From Octopus vulgaris (Eukaryota): 64,000 bases of DNA. Within the stretch, counting starts at the first letter, position 1; each line of letters begins with the position of its first letter. The stretch spans positions 44,764,001 through 44,828,000 of the forward strand of contig OX597827.1 of NCBI GenBank assembly GCA_951406725.2. Reading direction: 5' to 3'. Below the pieces are notes generated by a model. That model was not told the DNA's origin. It saw only the letters and a list, made by a program, of their open reading frames with translations, and did not search any database. Position numbers and translations under genes: made by a program. Positions 13,985 through 26,596 of the stretch are shown here, piece after piece.

Positions 13985-14778
13985 TCCAGTTCTTTACATT
14001 CTGAGTTCCATTCCCATTGGGTTCAATTGTGTTCTTCATCCTTTAGAAATTGAAAAAATTAAATCACCAGTCTAGTATTTTTTTTTTTCCAACTCTAGGC
14101 ACAAGGCCCGAAATTTTTTGGGAAGGGTGCCAGTCGATTAGATCGACCCGAGTATATAACTGGTACTTAATTTATCGTCCCCGAAAGGATGAAAGGCAAA
14201 GTCAACCTTGGCTGAATTGGAACTCAGGACGTAAAGACAGACAAAATATTGCTGAGCATTTTGTCCGGTGTGCTATCATTTCTGCCAGCTCACTGCCTTG
14301 TCTAGTATTGGGGCTCACCAGTCTAGTATAGGTGCCACTGGTATTTACTTAGACTCTCGCTTCGATAGTGCCTAAATCAGAAACCATTAGGGTGGTGAGC
14401 TGACAGAATTGGTAGAGCATAGATTACGGCACACAATTCCTTCAGACTCCTTACATTTTGAGTTCAAATTTCAGCACGGTCCAACTTCGTCTTTCATTTT
14501 TTGAAGATCAGTAAAATAGTTGGTGTCAGCTAAAGCTCCTGCCTCCAAAATTTCTGGCCTTGTGCCAAAATTTGAAACTTATTAAAGGCAGCTAGCTGGC
14601 AGAATCATTAGCTTGCTGGGCAAAATGCTTAGTGACAGTTCGTCTGTTTTCACATTCTGAGTTCAAATTCCACTGAGGTCAACTTTTCCCTTCATCCTCT
14701 CAGGGTCGATAAAGTAAGTACCAGTTGAGTACTGGGGTCAATGCAATTGGCTTACCCCCTCCCCAGAAATTTGAAATA
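13985..14778. mobile_element. Cluster of SINE family B copies (one minus copy at 14090-14300, several plus copies)
   Basis: Repeated GAGTTCAAATT / CTTTCATCC / GTACCAG motifs and their reverse complements. Confidence 0.75.
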
Positions 14779-15671
14779 ATCATCATCATCATCATGTGAA
14801 AAACAATTGATAACTGTAAATGTTAGACTACCCCTGTGAACAATTTCGTTCCTTTTACAACTGTTATCATTTATCATTACCATCATCACCACCACCACCT
14901 CCTCCGAATACTGAAGAAGAACTGGCTGAACCAAGCAATTTCCCCATAGGCCAGCCAGCAGTTGTAGTAGGTAGATTTGCAGAAATGGTTAGGAAAAAAG
15001 GGGGTAAAAAAATAACAGAGAGAGAGAGAGAAAAAAAAAAGAGATTTAGCTGCTGCCAAATGTAACATATGTTATAAGAGCACTTTCATTAAACTGCAAA
15101 AAAATACAAGAAAACCCACCTAATTTAGAAATAAATTATGAAGTAATTTATAATGACATTCACCATCATCCATGGTGTGGTCTCTGTTGCTGTTGTTTCT
15201 TTTTCTTAAGAGAAGAGCATGAGAGAAGATCAATATCTTGCTCTCTTTGTTTGTTTTGCTTTATTGTTTTTTTCGTTCTGAAAAATCAGAAATAGAAAGT
15301 GACCTTTAAGATAGCAGCACCAGCTAGGTGTAAATAAAAACAAAAAAAGAAAAGTTAAAAAAAAAAAAGAAAAACAGTAAAAAAAAAACAACACTGACAA
15401 GACATGAACAAAGTCATATATCAAGAGACATTGCATTTTAAAAAGTAGTTCTACAATTAGTAGTAGTAGTAGTAGTAGTAGTAGTGGGTGAAGGGGTGGT
15501 CTAAGAGAGTATCTTGGGAGGGCAGGTGTGACAAGATTGAAAATTCTTGTCAGTTACCATATTGTTTTATTCTTATTTTTGCATTCCTCCTCCTAAGAAG
15601 AAAATTGTATGCGCATATGTATGTGCTTGTGCAACCTCCCCTCCCCCACACACCCACTCTATTAATTCATT

Positions 15672-16057
15672 GCAGGTGTGGCTGTGTGGTAAGAAGTTTG
15701 CTTTGCCAACCACACACTTCTGCGTTCAATCCCACTCTGTGGCACCTTGGGCAAGTGTCTTCTACTACCGCCCTTGGGTCAACCGAAGTTTTGTGAGTGG
15801 ATTTGGTAGATGGAAACTGAAAGAAGCTCATCCTACATATGTGTGTGTGTGTTTGTGTTTTTCTGCCACTATTGCTTGACAACTGGTGTTGGTGTGTTTA
15901 CATCCCCATAACTTAACAGTTCAGCAAAAGAGACCAATAGAATAAGTACCAGGTTTAAAACATAAATACTGGGGTCGATTCATTCAACTAAAATCTTCCA
16001 AGGCGGTGTCCCAGGATGGTCACAGTCTAATGACTGGAACAAGTAAAAGATAAAAGA
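15672..16057 (+). mobile_element. SINE family A
   Basis: Colinear with 7379-7803. Confidence 0.85.
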
Positions 16058-16065
16058 TATATATA

Positions 16066-16290
16066 TCATCATCATCATCATCATTGTTTAATGTCTGCTT
16101 TCCATACTGGCATGGGTTGGACGGTTTGACTGAGAACTGGCGAGCCAGATGGCTGCACCTGGCTCCAATCTGATCTGGCAGTGTTTCTACAGCTGGATGC
16201 CCTTCCTAACGCCAACCACTCCGAGAGTGTTGTGGGTGCTTTTTATGTGCCACCGGCAGTACTGGCGACGGCCACACTCAAATGGTGTTT
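16066..16290 (-). mobile_element. Family C element
   Basis: (CAT)n followed by the reverse complement of 1560-1766. Confidence 0.8.
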
Positions 16291-16740
16291 TTTATGTGCC
16301 ATTTTGGCAAAAGAGATTGATAGACTGAATACCAGGGTTTAAAAAGTTATGTACTGGGATTGATTTGTTCAACTTAAACTCTTTAGAGTGGTACCCCCAG
16401 CATGGCCAAATTCTAATGACTGAAACAAAAGATAAAAGACACACACACACACTAGTCTGATAAATGATAACTTTCCTCTTCACATACTCTGAAGTTTCTT
16501 CAATATGAAACCCTTCAGTAACATGAATTGGCTGTTATGAGATTAACTTAGAGTAGCATATAAATAATATATTCACTCTATTATGTAATATTGTATGCAT
16601 AGATCCAACATAAAAACGTAGTGAAGATAATAGGCTATCTTTGAGAACAGTTTCACTCCTTTGCTGTGCTATCATCAGCAACAGAGTACTTTCCTTAAAC
16701 TCCATGACTTATAAAAACTATTGCTATTATTAAAAGGATT

Positions 16741-16940
16741 AAGGTGTCGAGCTGGCAGAATTGTTAGCATGCTGGACTAAATGCTTTGTAGTATTTCGCC
16801 CCTCACTCCATTCTGAGTTCAAATTCTGCTGAGGTTGACTTTGCTTTTCATCCTTTTGGGGTCAAAAAATTAAGTACCAGTTGAACGCTGAGGTCAATGT
16901 AATGAACACAAATCCTCCCGCAAAATGGCTGCCCTTGTGC
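16741..16940 (+). mobile_element. SINE family B
   Basis: AAGGTGTCGAGCTGGCAGAATTGTTAGC...GAGTTCAAATTC...TAAGTACCAG. Confidence 0.8.
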
Positions 16941-17377
16941 ATATCATAATTTCAGTTGCTTTGATTTATAGATTTTTGAAGTATTAAGTGTTGTGTTTCA
17001 GTGCCACTCTGTACTACAAATTATTTATGCAGATTTCATCCAACATTATGACTGTCAATCTCTCTAATGTATGCAGTGTGGGCTAAAATTTATAGATATA
17101 CTCTGTAATACAGAATAGCATAACATTTATATACAGCTGACCGTCTATGTTTTTCAACATAATGTGAATCACAGGAACTACTAATGTAATAATAAACCTC
17201 CCCAGCAACAACACTTCTATATTGAGGATCAAATGATCAAATGACTCAGGTTAAACCCCTCCCTTAAAATCTCAACTCCCATCCTACACACCTCATTTGT
17301 CAGAAATTTACTAACAGGATGTAATTTATCAGCTCCTTGTTCTTAATACTAAACATATAAACAAACATTAACACCCT

Positions 17378-17414
17378 TATTATTATTATTATTATTATTA
17401 CTATTATTACTATA

Positions 17415-17477
<63 letters not shown>
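17378..17477. repeat. (TTA)n microsatellite
   Basis: About 100 bp of TTA repeats with a few CTA variants. Confidence 0.95.
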
Positions 17478-17478
<1 letters not shown>

Positions 17479-17824
17479 TCATCATCATCATCTCCATGTC
17501 AAATGAAATAGCTAAATCTTTTCTGATTTTCATTATCTCAATCCTTTTTTCTTTAATTACAATGTTTCTGCTGATATACACTGCCTTCGTTGCAATATAT
17601 TTTTAACAAAAATAATAAATTCAGTAAAAACACAGATTTTATCATGATTTAGCTGATGTGAAAGCGGCAAGTTGGCAGAATCTTTAGCAAGCCAGACAAA
17701 ATGCTTAGCCGGATATATTTTCATGGAAGATTGAAAATGAATGATACAGTTTGTGCAATGGCGATATTCATTTATAATTATCATGTGATGTCTAGACAAG
17801 GATACACACACATATGTACTTAAG

Positions 17825-17874
<50 letters not shown>

Positions 17875-17891
17875 GAGATTATTTCAGCTTC

Positions 17892-18233
17892 TATTGGGTT
17901 ATCCGGAAAGTTCGTGCTGATTTTTAAAGGAAAGAAAAAGGTCAATAAATACTTGTCATTACATTTTTAATCAACCAAATATGAACCATTTTGTTGTACA
18001 ATGCGTCTCCATCTTTCCTTTAACTAAAAAATACCTTCTTCCCAGAATTGAGGTGGTTTCATGGCAAAGAATTCATCAAGGTATCTTTTTACGTCATCCA
18101 AGGAGTTGAAATTTTTACCATTAAGACTATTCTGCAGAGACCTGAATAAGTGGAAATCTGAAGGAGCAACATCTGGTGAATATGGAGTGGGGAGTGACAC
18201 ATCCCAGCCGAGCTACAGCAATTTTTGTCTAGT
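17892..18233 (-). pseudogene. Mariner (Tc1/mariner) transposase 3' remnant with terminal inverted repeat
   Basis: Minus-strand translation TRQKLL*LGWDVSLPTPYSPDVAPSDFHLFRSLQNSLNGKNFNSLDDVKRYLDEFFAMKPPQFWEEGIF*LKERWRRIVQQNGSYLVD* contains the mariner YSPDLAPSD motif; it ends at a TA followed by TTGGGTTATCCGGAAAGTTCG (TIR-like). Confidence 0.9.
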
Positions 18234-19535
18234 TCCCAAAGCATCAAGTGCCGAAAATGAACTTTCTTATCTTCCAGAGAATTAACACAGGTGTTGATTT
18301 GTTTAAATCCCCTTGCCCCGCTAGCTTTATGGGTTAGCAAAAAGAACCTCATAGAATAGGTATCACCAGAGTTTAAAATATGTCCTAAAATCAATTTGGT
18401 CAACTGAACTCTTCAAGGCAGTGCTCCAGCATGGCTTCTATTCAATGACTGAAACAGATAAAAGAATAAAGAATGAAAAATATGAAAGACTCAAAAAAAA
18501 AAAAAAGTCGAATTTTCCTTTTGCCTTTCCTTGGAGATTTAACCATTGTTGACAATTTGAACCTATTGACCTTGTTGGTGTTTAACCTTAGATCAGCTCT
18601 AATCAAGCAAACCTATGATCAAAGGCATTCCAGGTATGACTATTCTGCCATAGTATATCTGTATGACTACATTTATCCAATAGGTCCCTCCTTTTTCTAG
18701 ATAATAGGGTGTGACTTGAGAGAGAGATTTAACTACTATTTATGTCAGTAGGTTGAATGATGACTCAGAGTCTGTCTTTTTCCTCTCACTCTCTTTCTTC
18801 TGCTCTCCCTCCTTCTCTCTCTCTTACGGCGCTGTGTGTTGTGCGGTGCCACCCAACTCCATTAATTTATGCTTATGATAGAGAAGCAATCAATCAATCA
18901 GACTTTCAAGAGTAAGATAATCCAATAATAGATCAAATATGGTATAAATATGTAGACAAATTGAAGCCAGTCGCTTTTAATAATTTTTGTGTAACCTTCT
19001 CATCATCGTTGTCATTATTGTCATTATCTCTTCCGTTGTCAATCAGTTCGTTATCAGGCAATCAAGCTGATTACTTGACTTTCCATGGTCACAGGTATAT
19101 ATCAACGAATGAGACCATTGTGAGCCTCTGTGTATAGCCATTTGACCTACTATAAATAACAGCTTAATCTCCCTCAAATCACATGCTTTTATCTCTTACG
19201 ACCTCCTTCAGAAATAAAATGAGGAAAAAAAAAGGACATAGCAGATAAGTTAGTCTGAGATACACTATGTCTAGATGAACGACAAGCGGATCATAGCCGA
19301 AGCAGTAACATATTTGATCGTAGCACAGGTATGGTTGATCAGGATTCACCACCTGGGGTTAAACAAAACAACCACCACCACCACCATGGAGAGCCAGTTT
19401 TTCTTCAGACTTTAGTCAAAGGTGAAGTCAACTCAGCCCCACAAACAAGCACAAAAAAAAAGAGAAAAACAAATTGTAAATTTTACAATTCTAGCATCGT
19501 TACCCCTGCAGCATTAACATTTTCTGCTAAGTGAA

Positions 19536-20031
19536 TTAACCTTTTCATAACCAAATTTCTAATCAAATACTCTGTGAGTATTTCTATTAATTTTGAAACT
19601 AATCAGGAATTTAATTGCATTTAGTAAAGTCACTTTTACGTTTATTCATTTCTAAAATGAACTGGTGTTTGGAACATAACTTGAAGATGAAGTTCTTCCT
19701 TAAAATTATCAACAGAAGCTTTTAATTCAAATAAGAATGATTTAAAACGAGTAATTTTGTACGATAGAACCAGGGGTGGTTTGTATGGGAAGGGTGAGAG
19801 AGTTAACCCTTCTGTTGCCATATTTCTGTCAAAATACTCTGCCTTTGTTTCAATTAATTTCGAAATTAATGAAGAAGTTTGTTAACTAGCTTTGTCATTA
19901 TTTAGATGATATCTCAGACTTCAATTAACACGGTATTTTGATGAGAGTTTTTAATTTAGATCACTTTAGAACAAAGTCTGTACCATAGACCCAAGGGCTG
20001 TCTTGGACAGGGGTTGACATCAAAGGGTTAA
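19536..20031. mobile_element. Two tandem TTAA-bounded (piggyBac-like) MITE copies
   Basis: Copy 2 is TTAA-CCCT...AGGG-TTAA (19803-20031); copy 1 (19536-19795) is a diverged homologue sharing ATTTCT...AAATACTCTG...ATTAATTT.GAAA.TAAT. Confidence 0.65.
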
Positions 20032-20940
20032 ACATCTTGCCTGTGGTCATTGTGGATTGCTTGCTGTTGGTAGGGATATGAATTGTTGACCTTTTGAATA
20101 GGTATCTGATAATGACATTTGACTATATATGCACACACACACACACACTCTCTCTCTCTCTCTCTGATTGCAATTGATCATCTTATGAAGAGAGAGACAC
20201 CTTATTGGATAATGTAGTCCTAGAAAAACAATGCCCAAGAGAAGGCCAGGAGAGCCATGGGTGGAATGTCATCAGTCATAAGAACCATTGTCATGAAAGT
20301 TAAACCAAAGAAGGTTTTCAAATATTTTCAGAATATTCTGAAACGTCACTTTTTACTGGTATGTTGAAATGGTTCATTTTTGACCAGATATTGATACTGG
20401 GACAATTTCTTCCAGATTTTCACAGCATTGTCTTTAACATAAAACTTCTTACCTCACATTCACTTTTGCCACACACACCATACCATGTTAAAGGAGAATT
20501 GTGACCACAGACTTTGTCGTCCAGTTATCACGTTAGCATTTTTTTTTTAATTTCAAGGTCAATGTAAATAAACATAACAAGGCTTTTTTATACTACTCTG
20601 GTGAAATTCAGAGGAATTAGCAGTTAATATTTTTAGGTGAAAAGGTGGCAAACTGATAAAGTCGTTCGCATGCTGGACACAATGCTTTTAGCAACATTCC
20701 GTCTGTCTTTACATTCTGGGTTCAAATTCCGCCGAGATCCATCTTGCTTTTCATCCTTTTGGTGTTGATAAAACAAATACCAGTTGAACACTAGGGTTGA
20801 TGTAATCAACCTGCTCTCTCTACTGAAATTACTGGCTTTGTGCCAAAATTTGAAACCAATATTTTCAGGTAAAAGAAATCATTTTATGCAATGTTACATG
20901 CATCAGACTTTTTGGATTCTCTTCAAAAAAATTCACTTTT

Positions 20941-21313
20941 GGAGTGCCTGTGTGGTAAGTAGTTTGCATACCAGCCACATGGTTCCGGGTTCGGTCCCAC
21001 TGTGTGACACCTTGGGCAAGTGTCTTCTACTATGGCCTCGGGCCGACCAAAGGCTTGTGAGTGGATTTGGTAGATGGAAACTGAAAGAAGCCCATCATAT
21101 ATAGGTATGTGTGTGTCTGTGTTTGCCCCCCCCCCCCACATTGCTTGACAACCGATGCAGGTGTGTTTCCATCCCCGTAACTTAGCGGTTTGGCAAAACA
21201 GACTGATAGGCTTACAAAGAATAAGTCCTGAGGGTTGATTTGCTCGACTAAAGGCAGTGCTCCAGCATGGCCGCAGTCAAATGACTGAAACAAGTAAAAG
21301 AGAGTAAAAGAGT
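20941..21313 (+). mobile_element. SINE family A
   Basis: Colinear with 7379-7803. Confidence 0.9.
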
Positions 21314-22302
21314 ATACATTCCAGATAAAATATCTTTTGCCTAATACTTTTGCCCTGACCAGTCAAACTTTACTGCAGAAAATGAATCAATACAATTTGT
21401 GTAAATGTTCAATATTTACACCTTTGATTTTTCATAATTTATCTCTCTCTCCGACTGTCACATACGTCTCATGAAAATGGCCCACAAGTCTCTTCAGGTG
21501 GAGGTTGACCTAGAACTAAATATCCAATAACAGCTGATTAATTAGTATCATTACTATCCTGTTCTCAGTTTGGTTAATTATTTGTTTTCTTTAGAAATAA
21601 GTTGCTTTCTGAAAAGAAAGGGGGAAATAAGCCCCTCTAAAGAAGCACATGCATAAAAGCTAGCTTGGTTTGATCTGAGGCTGTGGTGATATGCAGTAAG
21701 ATGGCACCCAAAATTTGACCAGTTTCTCCATTGCAATTTGAGGTTTTTGTACCAACCATTGTAAATAAAAAATAAATAAATATACAAATAAAAAATATAA
21801 AACCTTTAGTAATAAAGTTAACCAATCAGGATATGTTCTAGAAAATAAGGAACTTTGTTATAACCAACATAACTTAGATTTAGAAATAGGGATTGGTAAC
21901 AAGTAAATTCTCTCCTCCCTTGCTCATTGTTGTCAGCTATAGACCCACTATTAAGTCTTCCCTACCCTTCCTATGTCCATATTTAACTATTTTGATTCTA
22001 AACCTACCTCAGTTTGCCTCTCATTCTAGGATACAATGATTTATTCTAAGATACAATGATTTATTCTAATATAATGTAAAAATCTTTCATGTTGTTATAT
22101 TCCAAAGTTCCTTAATAAAGAATAAGTTTAATTATTTGACTAATCACCACAAATTATTGTTTTTAAAATTATTTGAAATACATAACAGAAAAGTGTTTTT
22201 CATTAGAAATCTGGTTACAAATGAGTTAGTTGTCAGATTACTGGCAACCAAGATAGGATAAGAAAAACAACTTTGAATATATACATTGATAAAACATATA
22301 AG

Positions 22303-22722
22303 TGAGATCGTTGCCAGAGCAACAAGCTGGCCTCCGTGCCGATGGCACGTTAAAAACCACCATTTAAGCGTTATCATTACCTGCGTTGTCTTACTAGCAC
22401 TTGTGCTGGTGGCACATGAAAAAACATTCAAGCAAGGTCATTGCCAGTGCCACTGGACTGGCTCCCTGTGCCAGTAGCACATAAAAAGCACCATTTGAGC
22501 ATGGCTGTTGCCAGTACCACCTGACTGGCCTTCGTGCCGGTGGCACATAAAAGCACCCGCTACATTCTCGGAGTGGTTGGTGTCAGGAAGGGCATCCATC
22601 TGTAGAAACTCTGCCAGATCAGATTGGAGTCTGGTGCAGCCATCTGGTTTGCCAGACCTCAGTCAAATCGTCAAAACCATGCTAGCATGGAAAGCGGACG
22701 TTAAATGATGATGATGATGATG
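22303..22722 (+). mobile_element. Family C element with internal tandem sub-repeats
   Basis: Four copies of GTGCC.GTGGCAC.T.AAAA at about 22336-22555, then GGAAGGGCATCC...GTTAAATGATGATGATGA. Confidence 0.8.
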
Positions 22723-22724
22723 AG

Positions 22725-23365
22725 CGTATATCTACTTGGAACACACAGTGGATATGTGCCAAGATATGGAGGCTGAAATTTTCAGGAGAGTATGAGCAGG
22801 TTGAAAAGCATTCACCTTGATAAAAGACATGCTAAAATCAAAGCTGGACAAGACCCCACATGTCGGCCGTTTCAATAGCACTGTCCTACTTGCATTCTTA
22901 TATGCATATGAGACACGGGCCACTACAAGGAGGGAAAACATTGATTATAGATAGTATGTAGCACTCCGTTGGTTATGACGATGAGGGTCCCTGTTGATCA
23001 GATCAAAGGCCATGGAAAGATCCATGATACCATATCTGAAATGAGGTGATTTGAGAATGAAGTGGAATGAATGATGCAATTGCAGAATGCCGAAAGCGCA
23101 AATTCCTCTCCAGTGGAATTTGTGCTTTTGGGATTCTGCAGTCATGTCATCCATTGGACATGTTGCAAGGTTCTTAGACAACAAGTGGATCCAAGCAGTT
23201 GTTGAGTGGTATCCAGGAGATCAGAAAAGGCCAACAGGGAGGTCTTTGTGACAGTGGGAAAGCAATGTGCATGAAGATGGAAAAGAAGGGCACACTCCAA
23301 AAACGAATTGGAAGCACAATGTGACCTGCAATGTATAACAACATCTGATAGACTGGTTGATACAT
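22725..23365 (+). mobile_element. Decayed RTE LINE 3' fragment with internal insertion
   Basis: Translates (with stops) to EAEIFRRV*AG*KAF...FNSTVLLAFLYAYETRATT and DNKWIQAVVEWYPGDQKRPTGR, typical RTE C-terminal motifs; related to 24756-25022. Confidence 0.8.
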
Positions 23366-24664
23366 GTAATATATATGACTAGGGTATAAATACCCAGGGT
23401 CACTTGAACTGTTAATTCTAAAGCCGGTGCCAACATATATCCGGAAGTAAGCCAAAAAAAAAAATTTTATTAGAATTACATGTTTAATAATGAGAACAAT
23501 CATTTTCTAAATTACTAATTCTCTATAGGGGGAGATAATCCTAACATCTTTCAATAAGATTATTTAATACAGGATGCTATACAAGAATAAATCTGATCTT
23601 TAGCAGTGCGGTGACATGGAAACATGTATTTCATTTATATAAATTCCTTCGTCTCAGCTGACAGCTATTGACTAAAGTTTAAAATATCCAGCTACTTCTC
23701 TCATTATGACTTGTGTACTACCACCTTCTCAACCATGGTCACCACTCTCAGAGTACCACATCACCTCCTACACTTCCTTTCTCCTCACCTATACCCACCA
23801 CCACTTTTATTTATTTATTTATCCACTATGCCCACCACCACTTTTATTTATTTATTTATTTACTTATACTAGTTGTCTCTTTATCGCTCCTCCTGTATCT
23901 ACCATATCATATGTAGATAAGCCAGTGAGGAAAGCCTCTACATGGTCACTTGCCCTGCTAAAAATAGAAACCAAATGTTCCTCAAAATTACACTCTAGAA
24001 AAAGGAAGGAGACATGAAGAAGTATAGTCTTAGACAGGTTATGTCTGAAAATAAACGACGAGGTGGTCAGGGTTAGATTGCCTTTGATCATAGGTCTACT
24101 AATCAGAGCTGACCTGGGGCTAAACAACTACAACAGCAGCAACAACACCTTATCTCGACAGTGTTACACCAGAACACTTTCTTCCTCTTACATCATTAGA
24201 TCAAGTAGGTTAGGGTGGGTGTGTCTGTTACCGAGACCTTTTGATGTTTCAATCATCAGTTATTATGGCTGGGAGGCAAGTGGGTTGTCGGAATCGGTAG
24301 AGCATTGAAGTAAATGTCTTGTGCTGTTTAGTTGTGTCCGTTTTATGTTCTGAGTTCAAATTCCACCGAGGTTGACTTTTCGCTTTCATCTTTTCAGGGT
24401 TGATAAAATAAGTACCAGTTAAGTACTGTGAATGATTCAATCACCTTGTCATCTTCCCCGCTTACGTTGTGTGGCCTTGTGTCTGTGTTAGAAATCATTA
24501 TGACAGGCAGGAGACTTGCCCTCTATAAGGAAATGGTGTTCTGGCCATTGTAGCTACAGTGGTGTGAGTGGAATGCCTTTGATCATAGAATAGGTCTGCT
24601 GAATTGAGGCTGATCTGAGACTAAAGAACAACTGCAAACATACACTATCAATATAAAGTCACTC

Positions 24665-25018
24665 ATTAAGCTAGAAATAGCAGGAACATCGACAACTTAA
24701 AATAAAGGAAGGACACATTTAATAACATAGACTTAGACACATCACCAATATATATGTCATCGCAGAGTATACTCACAGCAAGTATAGATGGGCTGGACAC
24801 GTCGCCCGGCTCACCGATAATCGGTGGACGCACGCAGTTGTCGAGTGGTACCCACGTGCGCGGAAAAGACCACCCGGAAGACCTCCACGACGGTGGAGTG
24901 ACGATTTCAAGAGGACGATTGGGATCACGTGGATGAGAAGGGCGTGATCCAGAGAGGAGTGGACAGCGTGCTGTGACCAGCGGTGTCAAATGGACGCCTG
25001 ACGGACTGGTCGGTCAAA

Positions 25019-25065
<47 letters not shown>

Positions 25066-25133
25066 TCAATAAGCTAGAAATAGCAGCAGCATCTCCAACT
25101 TAAAGAAGGACACATTTAATTATGCCAACCTAG

Positions 25134-25182
<49 letters not shown>

Positions 25183-25398
25183 TACTCCATGAACTAGAAA
25201 TAGTAGCAGCATCTCCAATTTAATAACGAAGGACACATTTAATAATGTAGACCTGATGGTGGTACTCCAGCATGGACACAGCTGAATGACTGAAACAAAT
25301 AAAAGAATTATAGAATACACACACACACACACACACACACAATAAGCTAGAAATAAATGAAGGCCACATTGAATAATGCGGATCCGGACACACTATGA
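24665..25398 (+). repeat. Four local copies of a ~60-80-bp unit separated by microsatellites
   Basis: AAGCTAGAAATAG...GAAGGACACATTTAAT at about 24668, 25071, 25192 and 25344. Confidence 0.75.
24756..25022 (+). mobile_element. Young 5'-truncated RTE LINE 3' end inserted in (TA)n
   Basis: CpG-rich; translates VIAEYTHSKYRWAGHVARLTDNRWTHAVVEWYPRARKRPPGRPPRRWSDDFKRTIGITWMRRA*SREEW, the RTE WAGHVAR...W.P...KRP.GRP..RW signature. Confidence 0.9.
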
Positions 25399-26124
25399 TC
25401 AAGGATAAACCTATCCCTCCCCCACAAACAATAACAACCACCACATGATCATATATCCGTTCATGTGATGATGAACTTTCATCTCCATCAGTCTGAAGGA
25501 GAATGATGTTGCTGCCAGTGTGAAGTTGGAGTAGTTTGTTGTTGTTGTTGTTGGTGGTGCTTGTGATGGTGATGGCGGCAGCGGCAGTTGTTGTTGTTGT
25601 TGTTAGCCACAGGTTAATTTTGATTGAGCTGATCTATGATCAAAGCATTACAAAATCACAGCCATCCCATTTTATTTTCAGACAATACATCCACGTCTGT
25701 TCTGCAGATCACATCCTTCTTTTCGTTTTTTTTTTTTCTTTTAAGATAACAGGGTACAATTTCTTAAGATTGTAGAGTGAGGGTAATTTGGTTGCTTTTT
25801 ATGGATTCAGTTGTTGATGGTGACGGTGTCACTTCTGTTGAGTTGTTATTTGTAAAAAAAAACAAAGGCAGTGTTTTACATCCATTACTTTAATTTTCTC
25901 GGGTGATTCCCAGTTACTTTCACTCCTCGACTCTACTGCCAAGAAATAAAGAAAATATTTTGATCTCACTGCAAAGCTACAGTTAATGAATAGCTGGTGG
26001 AAGATGGATAATTAGATGTACTCTACAGAGAGAGCTCGTTAAATCACATTTAAGGATATGAGACATACTTAGAATGGTGTTGCTAACTCAGGAAACTCCT
26101 ATTTCTTTCTGTGTCCTATTTTAT

Positions 26125-26162
<38 letters not shown>

Positions 26163-26227
26163 ACTCATACACACACACATATCTAGTCATTCATTTGTAT
26201 ATATATCTACTCTTTAGCTTTTAGTCA

Positions 26228-26266
<39 letters not shown>

Positions 26267-26533
26267 TCATATGACTGCATATCTATGCAGTTATATAGTT
26301 TCCAGATTTTGGCCCAAGGTCATCTATTTCAAGATAGGGGTTAACTTAATTAGATTGACACCAATATTCAACCGGTACTTATTTCATTGACACCACCACC
26401 CCAAAAAGGATGAAAGGCAAAATTGATGTATGTGTAATGTATGGATATACATATATCCATACTTGTGTTTGCATAATTGTTTCTGACGTAGATGCAAGGC
26501 CAGTAATTCTTTGGGGTGCATGTTAGCCATATA

Positions 26534-26596
<63 letters not shown>

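Noticed and set aside
21430-21500. Minus-strand CTGAAGA-GAC...GTC motif as a hammerhead
   Set aside because: There is no GAAA after the putative stem II and no stem III or cleavage triplet.
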